Shown: piece after piece, positions 17,353 to 28,600 of the stretch | Layout: every line of letters begins with the position of its first letter | Position numbering within the stretch: the first letter of the stretch is position 1 | Origin: an uncultured Clostridia bacterium | GTDB taxonomy: Bacteria; Bacillota; Clostridia; Christensenellales; UBA1242 | NCBI GenBank assembly: GCA_944381105.1 | Contig: CALWJU010000023.1 | Location: forward strand, 1 to 63,477 | Reading direction: 5' to 3' | DNA length: 63,477 nucleotides | Notes under the pieces: generated by a model | The model's input: only the letters and a program-made list of their open reading frames with translations | Databases searched by the model: none | What the model was told of the DNA's origin: nothing | Program-made: the position numbers and the translations under genes

Positions 17353-18459
17353 ATGAATGATACAAAAATTTTGCAAGAAAATGCCATTGTCGTGGCGGTT
17401 TGTACTAAGAAAGGAGATGCACTAAATCGAAAACTAGATGAAATAAAGCGTCTGTCTTTTTCGGCGGGTTTAAATGTTGTAAAAGAGTTTTATCAAATAA
17501 TTAAAGATTTCAATAAAGCCACAGTCCTCGGTAAAGGCAAGGTAGAGGAGATAAAAAATTATATATCCTCTTGCAGTGAGATAATAGATGTAGTTATTGT
17601 TGACTACGCTCTAAGTGGTTCTCAAATGAAGAATTTATCAAAAGAATTTAATGTAAAAGTCATTGATAGGGTGGGGCTTATTATTGACATCTTCGCAAGA
17701 GGAGCAAAGAGTAGAGAGGCAAAATTGCAGGTAAAACTCGCTCAGGATTTATATTTGCTTCCAAGACTTAGTCAGATGCAGGGTACAAGTGGTCGATTTG
17801 GCTCGGCAGGTGTAGGAATGAGAGGTCCAGGAGAGAGTAAACTTGAACTTAACAGACGTGTCCTGGAAAAAGAGATGGAAGCGCTTAGGAAACAGATTGA
17901 AAATATTAAAAATCAAAGGCAAATATCAAGAAAAGAGAGGCTAAAATCACCTCTTCCAAAGATTGCCCTTGTTGGATATACCAACGCTGGCAAGTCAAGT
18001 TTATTAAATTGCCTTGTGAAAGAAAATGTCTACTATGATGATAAATATTTTGCTACTCTTGATACGACATCTCGAAAACTCTATCTCGAACAAGGCAAGT
18101 ATGCCATAATTACAGATACAGTAGGTTTTATTTCCGACCTGCCACATCAACTTGTTGACGCCTTTTCTTCTACACTTGAAGAGGCTAGCGATGCCGATTT
18201 AATCTTGCATGTGGTAGATATTTCACTTTCAAATGTTGAAGAGGGAGAAAAGGAATATCAAGCAAACATGAGCGTTACAAATAAATTGCTTGACGAACTC
18301 GGAGCAACAAAAAATAGGGTAGTCGTCTACAATAAATCAGACCTACTTGACAAACCTATACTTTTAAAAGAAAACGAAGTGCTAGTATCAACAAAAACAA
18401 AGAGGGGTATTGAACTTTTAATAAATAAAATAAAAGAAAATTTATTTAAAAATGAGTAA
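17353..18459 (+). CDS. hflX: GTPase HflX
   Basis: HflX N-domain plus the G-domain motifs GYTNAGKSSLLN, DTVGF and NKSD. Confidence 0.85.
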   Translation: MNDTKILQENAIVVAVCTKKGDALNRKLDEIKRLSFSAGLNVVKEFYQIIKDFNKATVLGKGKVEEIKNYISSCSEIIDVVIVDYALSGSQMKNLSKEFNVKVIDRVGLIIDIFARGAKSREAKLQVKLAQDLYLLPRLSQMQGTSGRFGSAGVGMRGPGESKLELNRRVLEKEMEALRKQIENIKNQRQISRKERLKSPLPKIALVGYTNAGKSSLLNCLVKENVYYDDKYFATLDTTSRKLYLEQGKYAIITDTVGFISDLPHQLVDAFSSTLEEASDADLILHVVDISLSNVEEGEKEYQANMSVTNKLLDELGATKNRVVVYNKSDLLDKPILLKENEVLVSTKTKRGIELLINKIKENLFKNE

Positions 18460-18646
18460 AAATGTCAAAAAAATTAAAAAAAATAAAAGTATAAAAAATA
18501 TATTTTAAAATAAAAAATAACAATTTTTTTAATAAATCAGCAAAAAAAACGAAAATTAGTAGATTAATATATCATTTTTTATCGTTATAACAAAAAAAAT
18601 TATTATAATAACAAAAAAACAATTTATTATTATTTCAAATTAATAT

Positions 18647-18679
18647 AAAAATAGTGGCATTAATTTACCACTATTTTTT
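18647..18679. terminator. bidirectional terminator between hflX and the DUF1858-like gene
   Basis: AAAAATAGTGG...CCACTATTTTT, flanked by an A-run and a T-run. Confidence 0.55.
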
Positions 18680-18723
18680 CAAGTTTTAAAGACTTTAAGT
18701 TTTTTATTTTACATTTATGATTT

Positions 18724-18951
18724 TTATTTATTTTTTTTAGTATCTTGAAGATAAACCTCGTTTAATTTTTTTACAAGAAAGTCTACATCAACGTCATGAA
18801 CAAATGCAGCCTCTTCAACCGTCTCTTCAAGTCCTAAATGACAAAAAATGCAGTGCATACCAAAGCCTAGGAAAACCTCTCCTAAGTTTTCGTCAAGTTG
18901 TAGTACGTCGTCTATAATCATATCTTTTGTAATCTTTTCTATTTTTTCCAT
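18724..18951 (-). CDS. DUF1858 / hybrid-cluster-protein-associated redox disulfide-like small protein
   Basis: MEKIEKITKDMIIDDVL...GMHCIFCHLGLEETVEEA carries a CxxC motif. I moved the start to ATG 18951 because the upstream codons MWYNKY are the TGgTATAAT -10 element itself. Confidence 0.55.
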   Translation of the reverse strand: MEKIEKITKDMIIDDVLQLDENLGEVFLGFGMHCIFCHLGLEETVEEAAFVHDVDVDFLVKKLNEVYLQDTKKNK

Positions 18952-18957
18952 GTACTT

Positions 18958-18985
18958 ATTATACCACAAATAAATTAAAAATCAA
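18958..18985 (-). promoter_or_regulatory. promoter TTGATT-16-(TGg)TATAAT ending 6 nt before ATG 18951 (leaderless candidate)
   Basis: The minus strand reads TTTGTGGTATAAT-aagtac-ATG. Confidence 0.45.
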
Positions 18986-19087
18986 CAAATTTATATGATT
19001 TTGCTCTAATTTTTAATAAAAAAATAAATATTTTGTTTAATTTTGTCGATTGTTCATAAATAGGAATTAAAAAGTATAACTTATAGC

Positions 19088-19768
19088 ATGGAAAAAATAT
19101 CAAATTATATATCAAAAAAAGTTATTTCACTCGATGAAGGTGAAAATATAGGCTACATCATTAATGTGCTTTTTAGTGATGAACTGTCATCCCTTATTGG
19201 TTACATCGTGGTAGATGAGGAAAGCGACCGATTATTTATCATTGATAGGGCGGACTGCAAGGCGGTAGGCGATGATTGTATTATAATTTCTTCATCAAGC
19301 GATCTAAAAGTATTCTTGGAAGAGGAGAGTAATAATCCTATTTCAAAACAGGTATATGATACCTCGGGTTTGTATTTGGGTAGAGTTATTGATGTAATGG
19401 TAGAAAGTGGTAAGGTAAAACGCATAATAACAACTAAATGTGAGTTTTTTAGGAAAAATATAAGGAAAATAGGCAAAAATTACTTAATTTATGGCAATAA
19501 AGAAAGAAAAAAGTTGGGAAAAGCGGATGTGTTTAAGGTAGAGACCGATAATCTTCCAATTGTAAATCTTCAAAAGAATGAGGTTCAAACTAAACCTTAT
19601 AGGCTTCTCGCAAATCAAAACTCTTTGCTTGGTAGGACCATGACAAATGACCTATACGGATATAATAACGAAATAATAGCAAAAAAATACGACATTATCA
19701 ATCAAAATATAATAAATAAAGCAAAATTGCACAATAAACTTAATTTTTTAATTTATTATAGCAAATAA
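19088..19768 (+). CDS. PRC-barrel domain protein
   Basis: The N-terminus KKVISLDEGENIGYIINVLFSD...LIGYIVVDEE and a second copy (KQVYDTSGLYLGRVIDVMVE) resemble PRC-barrel (YlmC/YmxH-like) repeats. Confidence 0.5.
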   Translation: MEKISNYISKKVISLDEGENIGYIINVLFSDELSSLIGYIVVDEESDRLFIIDRADCKAVGDDCIIISSSSDLKVFLEEESNNPISKQVYDTSGLYLGRVIDVMVESGKVKRIITTKCEFFRKNIRKIGKNYLIYGNKERKKLGKADVFKVETDNLPIVNLQKNEVQTKPYRLLANQNSLLGRTMTNDLYGYNNEIIAKKYDIINQNIINKAKLHNKLNFLIYYSK

Positions 19769-19813
19769 ATAAAATATAAATGAAAATAATAAAAAATTTA
19801 ATAAATTATAATC

Positions 19814-19847
19814 AAATCAATAAATAAAAAAGTTTATTGATTTTTTT
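19814..19847 (+). terminator. intrinsic terminator
   Basis: AAATCAATAAA...TTTATTGATTT followed by a T-run. Confidence 0.5.
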
Positions 19848-19975
19848 ATTTTCTATATTTTGTTTCTATTAATTTATTATATATAATTTAACTTTATTTA
19901 AAAAATATGTAAAATCTCGTACAATCGTTTGTATTTTTGCACTAAATTGTAGTAAAATAAATTAGCGAGGTTGAT

Positions 19976-22642
19976 ATGGTTAGAATTGTTCCTAGAAGAA
20001 CAAAAGTTAAACTAGAATTTGTTAGAGGTTTTACCGCAATTGATTTACTTCTTGCTGCAATTGCTGTTGTAGTATTGATTGTTCTAATCGCCTCAAACTT
20101 TAATGGTAACATTTGGGTTGCAATCATATGGGCAATCTTTTCTATATCTATGTTCTTTAAGATTGCAGATAGTGATAGGTTTTATATTACCATAACGCAC
20201 ATTGCAAGATTTTCTATGCAGAAGAAAAAATACGAGAAATCACCAAAGAAGGGAAAACCAAATATAAAAAATATAATACCATTTGAATCTATTTATGGAG
20301 ATAGGTACATATCATATGGCTCGTACTATGCGGGAGTGCTTGAAGTAAAACCTGTTCTTTTTGACCTTCTCAATGAGTATAGCCAAAACAACCTTATAGA
20401 TATAGGTTTTGGAAATGCGTTAAGGAGACTTGACGATAATCAGGTCTGCGAAATTGTCAAAATTAATAAGGCAATGGTTCTTGATAACTATGCCTATAAC
20501 GAAAATAGAAAATATGATAGGCTTCTTGACCAACTTTACGAGAAACAGATGACGCAAGATGAGGTAGATGCGAGGACACCAATCCTTGAAGAGAGAATTG
20601 CTTTTCTTGAAGATAGAAATAGAGAAAATAAAATTTATAAAGACTACTTCTATCTTGTGGTGCTAGGAAAGGAACTCGAAGCACTTGAAAACACAATAAG
20701 TGGTATGGCTATGTCGCTTTCCTCATCTTTAACACCTGTTACAACACATAGGCTAGTGGGGAGTGAACTTGCAGTATTTTTAAGAGCCAACTACAATAGA
20801 GAATTTAATGAGCGAGACCTTGAAACTATACCATACACTGAGTATATAAATTGGGCTACTCCTGATAAGATTAAGTTTTCCTCAGCAAGATATAATATTG
20901 ATGGAAATTACTATCGAACCTATGCAATTACAGAATATCCTTTACAAGTTGGTAATGCTTGGGGTGCGTCATTCTTCCTGCTTGACCGAACAAAAGTTGT
21001 AATGAAATTTCAAAAAGCACCAAAATATGACTCAGAGAGAAAGATAGATAAAGCTATTATGGATATGGAGACCAGACTTTATAAAACTGGGCGTAGTAGT
21101 ACACGAATTGAGATTACCACGCATCTGCAAACTTTGAGAAACTTACTTGCTGAACTAAAAAATAACAATCAACAACTCTATGATGTAAACACTTTTATTA
21201 CTTGTGAGGAGTCGGCAAGAAAAGACGTTAAAGCGGTGTTAAAACAAGAAGGTTTTAGATATAGCGAAATGTTCGCTCGCCAAATAGATGCTTTTATAAG
21301 TTCGGGAATTTCAATGAGGGATAATATAAAAGAACTACAAAGAGGTATACCTACATATACTCTTGCTGGTGTCTTTCCATTTATTTCCTCTGAACTTCAA
21401 GATGAAAATGGTATATATATCGGTGATAATGCCTATCCTGTGTTTATTGACTTTTTCAAACGTGATCCACAGAGAGTAAACTCAAATATGATGATTATTG
21501 GGAAATCAGGTTCTGGAAAATCTTTTGCCACAAAAACCCTCCTTGCAAACTTTGCAGCAGACAATACAAAGATATTCATCTGCGACCCTGAAAAAGAATA
21601 TTCTAAACTTACCGATAGTTTAAAAGGAAAACTTATAGACGTTGGTTCATCTCTTCAAGGTATAATCAACCCATTCCATGTAATTCGAGCACTTGATAGG
21701 GATGAAGATGACAAGAATATAGAAGATGATGATGAAAAGGAAAGGCAAGACGACTCTTTCAATCAGCACTTGCAGTTTTTGGAACAATTTTTTAGAACAA
21801 TTCTTGAAGGTATATCCTCTGACGCTTTTGAAATAATAAACTCTCTCGTGCTTGATATGTATGCTATATTTCATATTGATGAAAACACAGACCTAAGAAA
21901 TCTTAAACCAACTGATTATCCTACTTTTGATGACCTCTATGCTCTTTTGCAAGAGAGGTTAAAGACAGCAAAAGAGGAGTTTACATTAAATAATCTTCGT
22001 GTGGCAGAGGCGTATATTCGAAAGTTTGCAAAGGGCGGACGAAACTCAAACCTTTGGAATGGTCCAACCTCAATTGAGACCAATGAAAACTTTGTGTGTT
22101 TCAACTTTCAATCACTTATTGCGGGTAACAACGATATGCTTACCAATGCACAAATGCTTTTGGTGTTCAAGTACATAGAAAACGAAATTATTAATAATAA
22201 AGATTATAACAAGTTGCACAACACCAATCGTAAGATTATAGTTGTTGTAGATGAGGCACACACATTTATAAACCCTAAATATCCTATTGCCTTAAACTTT
22301 ATGACAGCAATGGCGAAAAGAATACGTAAGTATGGTGGTATGCAGATAGTCATAACTCAAAATATAAATGACTTTGTGGGTTCAGAAGAGATAAAAAGAC
22401 AATCGACGGCGGTCATCAACGCTTGTCAATATTCACTCATCTTTTCCCTATCTCCAAATGACGTGAACGACCTTATAGAACTGTACAAAAACTCAGGTGG
22501 TATCAATAAAGAAGAACGAAACCGTATTGTTTCTGCACAAGTAGGACAGGCGTTCGTTATAACGGCACCAACTGCAAGAACAATGGTACAAATACATCCA
22601 TTAAATTATGTAGAGTCGATTTTCAAAGATAAAAATGAATAG
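19976..22642 (+). CDS. PrgI/VirB3-like membrane domain fused to a VirB4/TraE/TcpF-family type IV secretion ATPase
   Basis: The N-terminal ~95 aa (RIVPRRTKVKLEFVRGFTAIDLLLAAIAV..., two TM helices) resembles Gram-positive PrgI. Next comes the typical VirB4 N-domain opening YYAGVLEVKPVLFDLLNEY. Walker A is MIIGKSGSGKSF (about 21494-21526), followed by ICDPEKEY, Walker B IIVVVDEAHTF (about 22237-22266) and RKYGGMQIVITQNINDF. GAGG SD. Confidence 0.8.
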   Translation: MVRIVPRRTKVKLEFVRGFTAIDLLLAAIAVVVLIVLIASNFNGNIWVAIIWAIFSISMFFKIADSDRFYITITHIARFSMQKKKYEKSPKKGKPNIKNIIPFESIYGDRYISYGSYYAGVLEVKPVLFDLLNEYSQNNLIDIGFGNALRRLDDNQVCEIVKINKAMVLDNYAYNENRKYDRLLDQLYEKQMTQDEVDARTPILEERIAFLEDRNRENKIYKDYFYLVVLGKELEALENTISGMAMSLSSSLTPVTTHRLVGSELAVFLRANYNREFNERDLETIPYTEYINWATPDKIKFSSARYNIDGNYYRTYAITEYPLQVGNAWGASFFLLDRTKVVMKFQKAPKYDSERKIDKAIMDMETRLYKTGRSSTRIEITTHLQTLRNLLAELKNNNQQLYDVNTFITCEESARKDVKAVLKQEGFRYSEMFARQIDAFISSGISMRDNIKELQRGIPTYTLAGVFPFISSELQDENGIYIGDNAYPVFIDFFKRDPQRVNSNMMIIGKSGSGKSFATKTLLANFAADNTKIFICDPEKEYSKLTDSLKGKLIDVGSSLQGIINPFHVIRALDRDEDDKNIEDDDEKERQDDSFNQHLQFLEQFFRTILEGISSDAFEIINSLVLDMYAIFHIDENTDLRNLKPTDYPTFDDLYALLQERLKTAKEEFTLNNLRVAEAYIRKFAKGGRNSNLWNGPTSIETNENFVCFNFQSLIAGNNDMLTNAQMLLVFKYIENEIINNKDYNKLHNTNRKIIVVVDEAHTFINPKYPIALNFMTAMAKRIRKYGGMQIVITQNINDFVGSEEIKRQSTAVINACQYSLIFSLSPNDVNDLIELYKNSGGINKEERNRIVSAQVGQAFVITAPTARTMVQIHPLNYVESIFKDKNE

Positions 22643-22659
22643 TAACAAAGGAAGGTTAT

Positions 22660-25600
22660 ATGACAAATTCTAAAAAATTAAGTATGTTTATATTTAGTTT
22701 GCTACTTGTCGTTGCAAGCCTTCTTTTTGTTGCGTGTGGAGAGAATGATTATTCTAATGTTTCAATCTCCTCATCACAAGAGACAGTTGAACTTGTTGTA
22801 GGAGAGGAAAATTCTCAAAATATTACTTTTACAATAAACAATCCAGTTAGAAATATGGAGAGCGGTTTTGTTGTACAAGCCGAGGATGACGGAGTGTATA
22901 GTGTGCAATTACAAAGCAGTGTTTCATATTCTAGTACTTATACTATTACTGGATTAAAAGGTGGAACATCAACAATCACAGTTAGAACAAGAGAGGGGAA
23001 TATTAGCAAGAGTGTACGAGTCAATGTAAGACAGTATTCAGATGGTCTTACTAGTGCAAGCAATTCTCTCTATGTTTCACTATCAAGTGAACTTATTCCA
23101 TCATCAGCCGATTTTGTATTCTCAGATAACACCACTGAGCGAGACCTTAATTACTATTTTTACGGACAAGTAAATAGTGATATTTCTCTTGATGATGTAA
23201 TAGAAGGAGAAAATTATATAAATCAATTTGTCAGTGTAAACCTAATAAATTTAAACTCTTTGCAATATTTAATATTTGAAGATGAACAAGGTGCTCTCTT
23301 TACTCTTGGGCAGGGAGAAAGTGTTTCAGACAATATAAAATATGATTTTATTGAAGTAGAACTAGAAAATGGTCAATATTTACTTGATGAAAATGCTTCC
23401 TCAGTGATGCCAGGGCAAAGATTTTCTTTTATAGCAGTCAATGAGAACATTTCAGGAGAGCCTTTATATTGCCAGCGAGACTTTATTGTTATAACTGATA
23501 TTAATAGTGAAAGTATCTCTCGTGATGTAGGATATAGGATAGTTGGGTATAACTATACACCTGGTTCTGACTATTCATATAAGTTGCCAGAAAGCGAGGG
23601 TAGTGATATAACCTTAATACCAAATTATACAAGTACAATAGAAAATGGTGTGTTTATCGGAGAAGAGGTCAATTATGTTACTGCCTATGTTGAGGTAAGC
23701 ATAAATAGTGATAGTGATTTGTTAAGGGTATCCTCTTCAACTGAAAATGTAAATGTTATCAATACACTTTTGCTAAGTGATCCTATTAGACAAAATGGAG
23801 TTACAACATATTATTATCAAATAGATTGTGCAACCAGCCAAGGACAAACAACAAATTTCAATCTTACTTTCTACTATGATGGGTTTGAGGATAGCGATGA
23901 TGAAAATGTCAACTTTACATATTCAATACCTGTAAATATAAGAATAATTCCTACAAATGTTTTAGCAAATGATATTGATTTGTTAAATTCAGAAGAGGTT
24001 TTTACATTCTATGATATTTATTATGGTGATTATGGTTGGCAAAGGTTTTTGTTTACTTTAAATCCTGCTAATGCTGAATATGATAGTATTTCAATTGACC
24101 TTACGAATACTGATTTGGAGTTGAGATATAATGGCAGTGAGCCTTATAGAGACCAAATTGTTGAAATAGATGATTTATCAGAGCCTATTTATTTAAGAGG
24201 AATTGATGGTGCGAATATTACAGATGAAACACAAGCATTGCCTATTACATTAAATTTCAATGTTTTGCAAGAGGATAGCATTGAGGTAAATCTGCTGTAT
24301 GAAATAGTTCATGGTGTTACCGATTTTGATTATACAACAGATGACTATCGAAGTGGAATATACGTTGATTTAAATGGTGGCGACGTTGCTTTTACCGATA
24401 TCTATGCTGATGTGTCTTTTAGTAATGCAGAGATATCACTCAATAATAATTCTGCCGATGTTGCAAATATCTATTTTGGAAACCCTATTTGTACTCAGCA
24501 AGGACAGGTATATTTGCTTAACTTAATGATAGAACCAACAAATGTAGGCACAGGAGTTTATACAATTACACTAGATAATGGTAAGACTCTAACGATAACA
24601 ATTACTGTTGTAGAATCTCTTCAAAATGTCTCTATTTCTTCACAAAATGTACAAAACACCATAAGATACATTCAGCAAATTGAAGATGAAGATTATCCAT
24701 CAACACTTTTATATGTCTACAACAATGGAAATAACTCTTATTTTGACGTTTCAGTTATGGCAAATGGAGGTTCAAATGCTATAAATAGCGTACAATTTAG
24801 TTTTACCTCACAATTAATTCGACTTGATGGAGCGACCAATAATAATAAAAATTTCAATGTCTATGTGCTTGCAAATGGTGCGTCTACACTTGAACTTAGA
24901 GTAAGTGGTTATGCGGTCAATAACTTCCGCAGAGAGTCTATAACTATATTATATTATATAGATATAATAGGATTTAGTTATATAGATAATTTAAATGTAT
25001 ATAAAGAACATGACGGCAGGGGAGATTATATAGACGAAGATAGTGATAACGAAAGCATAAGAAATTATGGTGTAAGTGCTGCCTATGCAGATGTTTACTC
25101 AGGGACTAACAATACAGATGCAAGGAGTGCGACTTTCAATGTTACAGTATCAAATGATGATGCCTTCTTGTTCGCTCTTCCTTCTACAATCAGAGGTGGA
25201 GCTATTGAGTATGCTGAGCAATCATTTAGCGTAGACTTTATCTATTGGGAAACCGATTGGACTTGGGGAATTACTAAGGACGGAACAAGTGTAGATATAA
25301 TGTATTTCGAGGAGGGTGGTAGCAATATCTATACTCTTACAGGAGTTGGCACTTTTGATACCTCCACAATGACCTTTACTGCACTACCTAGTGTAGCAGA
25401 CCAGCGAAATTTTAAACTTATTGCACATGTTAGACAATATGGGCGAGTTTATTCCTATACAATAAATATTAGGGTATCTACATATGAGGATGTACAACAA
25501 ATAACATTGCAAGAATCAATCACTTCACTTGAATTTACATCAACAGAAAAGACTCATTCTCTAATTGCATACGCTACAAATCTAAATACTGCAACAAATG

Positions 25601-28600
25601 CAGAAATTACAGCATTTATTGAGGGCGGAGTAATTAGCGTTTCAAATGGAGATGGCACAACATCTACTTATAGTATGTTTGATGAAAACTCTATCGTTTT
25701 TGTAGAAAGTGATGGTAGATATCAAATTATTTTAACAGTAAGTGAGCAATTTATAGAGTTTGCAGAGTCTTATGATGGGCAGATGAGTGCAACGCTAATT
25801 ATTGTTGCAACCGATTGGCTGGATGAAAATGGCAATATTTTAACAAGTTATGAAAATGTTGTGATAGAAATACCTGTAAATTTTGCTAATGGAACGCCTC
25901 ATGCAAGATTTACTATTGAAGATGCCGATGACTTACTTAATATGAATTTAAGTGCACATTATCAAATAACCTCTTCAATAGACGTGTCGTCTATTAGTGC
26001 AAGTTTGCCACTAGGAACTTTGTCAGGCTCAATAATAGGTACAGGACAGTACGCTGAAATAACAGGAATAAATATCACAAAAGCTCAAACTTTAACAAGT
26101 GAAAATGGCTCATTTGACTATTATGGGCTATTTACCAGCATTGCAGAGGGTGCTTATATTGAATATATAGCCTTCTCAGGAGAACTTAACGTAGGGAGTG
26201 AAACAAATTTTGCACCACTAGGCAGTTATATAGGACTTGTTGCAGGCGTAAACTATGGTGATTTAATAAATATTGGTGTTACGTTAAATAGTTCATCTGT
26301 TTATATCACAAGCGGATATGTAGGCGGGGTAGTTGGATATAACTATGGCAATATATTGCAAGATTATACCTTGTTTGAAGACGATTCTTCTGTAACTAGA
26401 AGTTTGACGGCATCTCAACTTGAAAATGCAAATAATGACGAAAGTATTGTAGGTGCTGGTAGGTATAGTTATGCTGGTATGAACCCAAAAATCTTACTAT
26501 ACATGAATGGTACTGTTACGGTAAATTACCTTAACAGCAATTTCAGCAGTGAGACATATATCGGCGGTGTTAGTGGAGCAAACGGCGGACTTATAAGGAA
26601 AGTCGATTCAACTGTTTTGAATTTTACAGGTTATACTAACTATATGGCCTATGCTCTATTGCAAGCAAATCCTATCTATTCCTCACAGGTAACAGTAACC
26701 ACAAATATTACCTATGTGGGAGGGCTTACAGGATTTAGTACATCTTCAAGCACCATAGATAGTGGATATAATTTGTATAGAGATTCTGTTGTTACTTTGA
26801 CAAAGTATTATAATTATGTAGGAGCGAATTTAGATAATACCGAAAACGACTATAATGCAGGCAAAGGTATTGTAGTTGGTGGAGAGGTGCGTGGATATGA
26901 CTATATAGGTGGAGTTGTTGGCTATATTGAAAGTGTAGGCGATAGTGGTATGCAGAGAAACAACTTTACAGGTATTACTTCAAGGACCAATGTAAGAGGC
27001 TATCTTGCACAGGTATCGGGAGCGACGACTGCACAGGTAGCAGGAATTGCAAATATTAGAAATACCACATATCTAAATACTGCATTTGCTATGCAAGCGG
27101 TAGATAGTGGCAATTCTGGTATAAATGCTTCAATGATAGTTTTATATAATAACTCAATTGTAAATTCTTATTTTGATAATCCTACAACATATCAAGCAAA
27201 TTCTGATAAACTTGCTTTTGGCAATTTAAGCGGAAACAACGTGGATATTATGCAGGGGGCTGACAGTGAAAGTGGTAAACCATATACAAATGTATACACT
27301 TTCAATATATCACGAGAACAAATAGAGATACCTGATGGTCAGTCTAGCATGACAATAACAAGTTTTAATAGAACAAGTTATTATGGCGATTTCATTATAG
27401 CGGGAGACAATGGTAACACACTTTTAGGACAGTCCTTCTTTACCCTAGGCGATGATGAATTGTTATCTGTAAATGCTAAGTATAACAATAGATATATAGC
27501 AGATAATGGTACAGGACGACAAAATATTTACTATATGTTCTATTTTCAAGCCATGACTGATGGCAGTCAAGACTATCAGTCTTTGCTTGACGAATATTTA
27601 AATTATGTTGATTTTAATAGCGTTCTTTATCCATTTACAACAAATGGAGAGATTACTTTTACTTCAAACAGTAGGGATATATTGACAATAGACCAAAATG
27701 GCAGAATTAATGTAAAATCAACAGGGCTTGCTCAGATAACAGCAACTAGCGTGCTAAATTCAAATAATGCTCTTGAATTTTATATTTATGTTGTAAATTA
27801 TTTCAATCCTGATGAACCATCATTTACTCATAGTGATGAGGAAGATTATCAAGAGAATTCAATAATTTATCCAAATGGTTCATCAAACTCTACTCCTATT
27901 AATAATGTTACAATTAATATGCGAGGAGAAAATAGTACAAATTTCTATGTTAGGCCATTTTATTCATTGAATTTGGAAATTCTAGATGTCAATGGTGATT
28001 ATCACACTTTCCAGTCTGATCAATCGGGTATGGTATTATTCAATAATGTAGTATTTAATCTTGCTCAAAATACATTAGTTACCGCAGAAATTACTCAGAT
28101 TTCAAGACAGGAAGGTGATGATACGGTTGATGCTATGGATGAACTAGATATAGATATTACAGGTCAAAATATTACAATCAGAAGAAATTCAGAAACTCTT
28201 GAAGCGGACTATAAATTGACAATCGTGCCAAAACTTACTTTGACAATGACAGAGACTGATAATTATGGAAATAGAAAAGAAGTTACCTATTCTTCGTCAG
28301 TGAACAAAACTCTGGATAATGTAATAATCAATTATAGACATGGTGCAACAAATATAAATAATACAAGGTATAACAATGTTCCTATTATATCAAGTCAACA
28401 ATTAAATGAGGTTATAGTAGTTAATTCAACGGCGGAAGAGGATGAACCATATTATTATATAGTATCTCCAAACGGCGAAATCTTACAAGGAGATGAAGAA
28501 CTTTCAAGCATTTTTGCACTGGAATATCTGTATGATAATGAAGATGGTTTGTTTAATGTGTCTTTTACTACATATGAAAATAATCAAAGCAATCTATCTG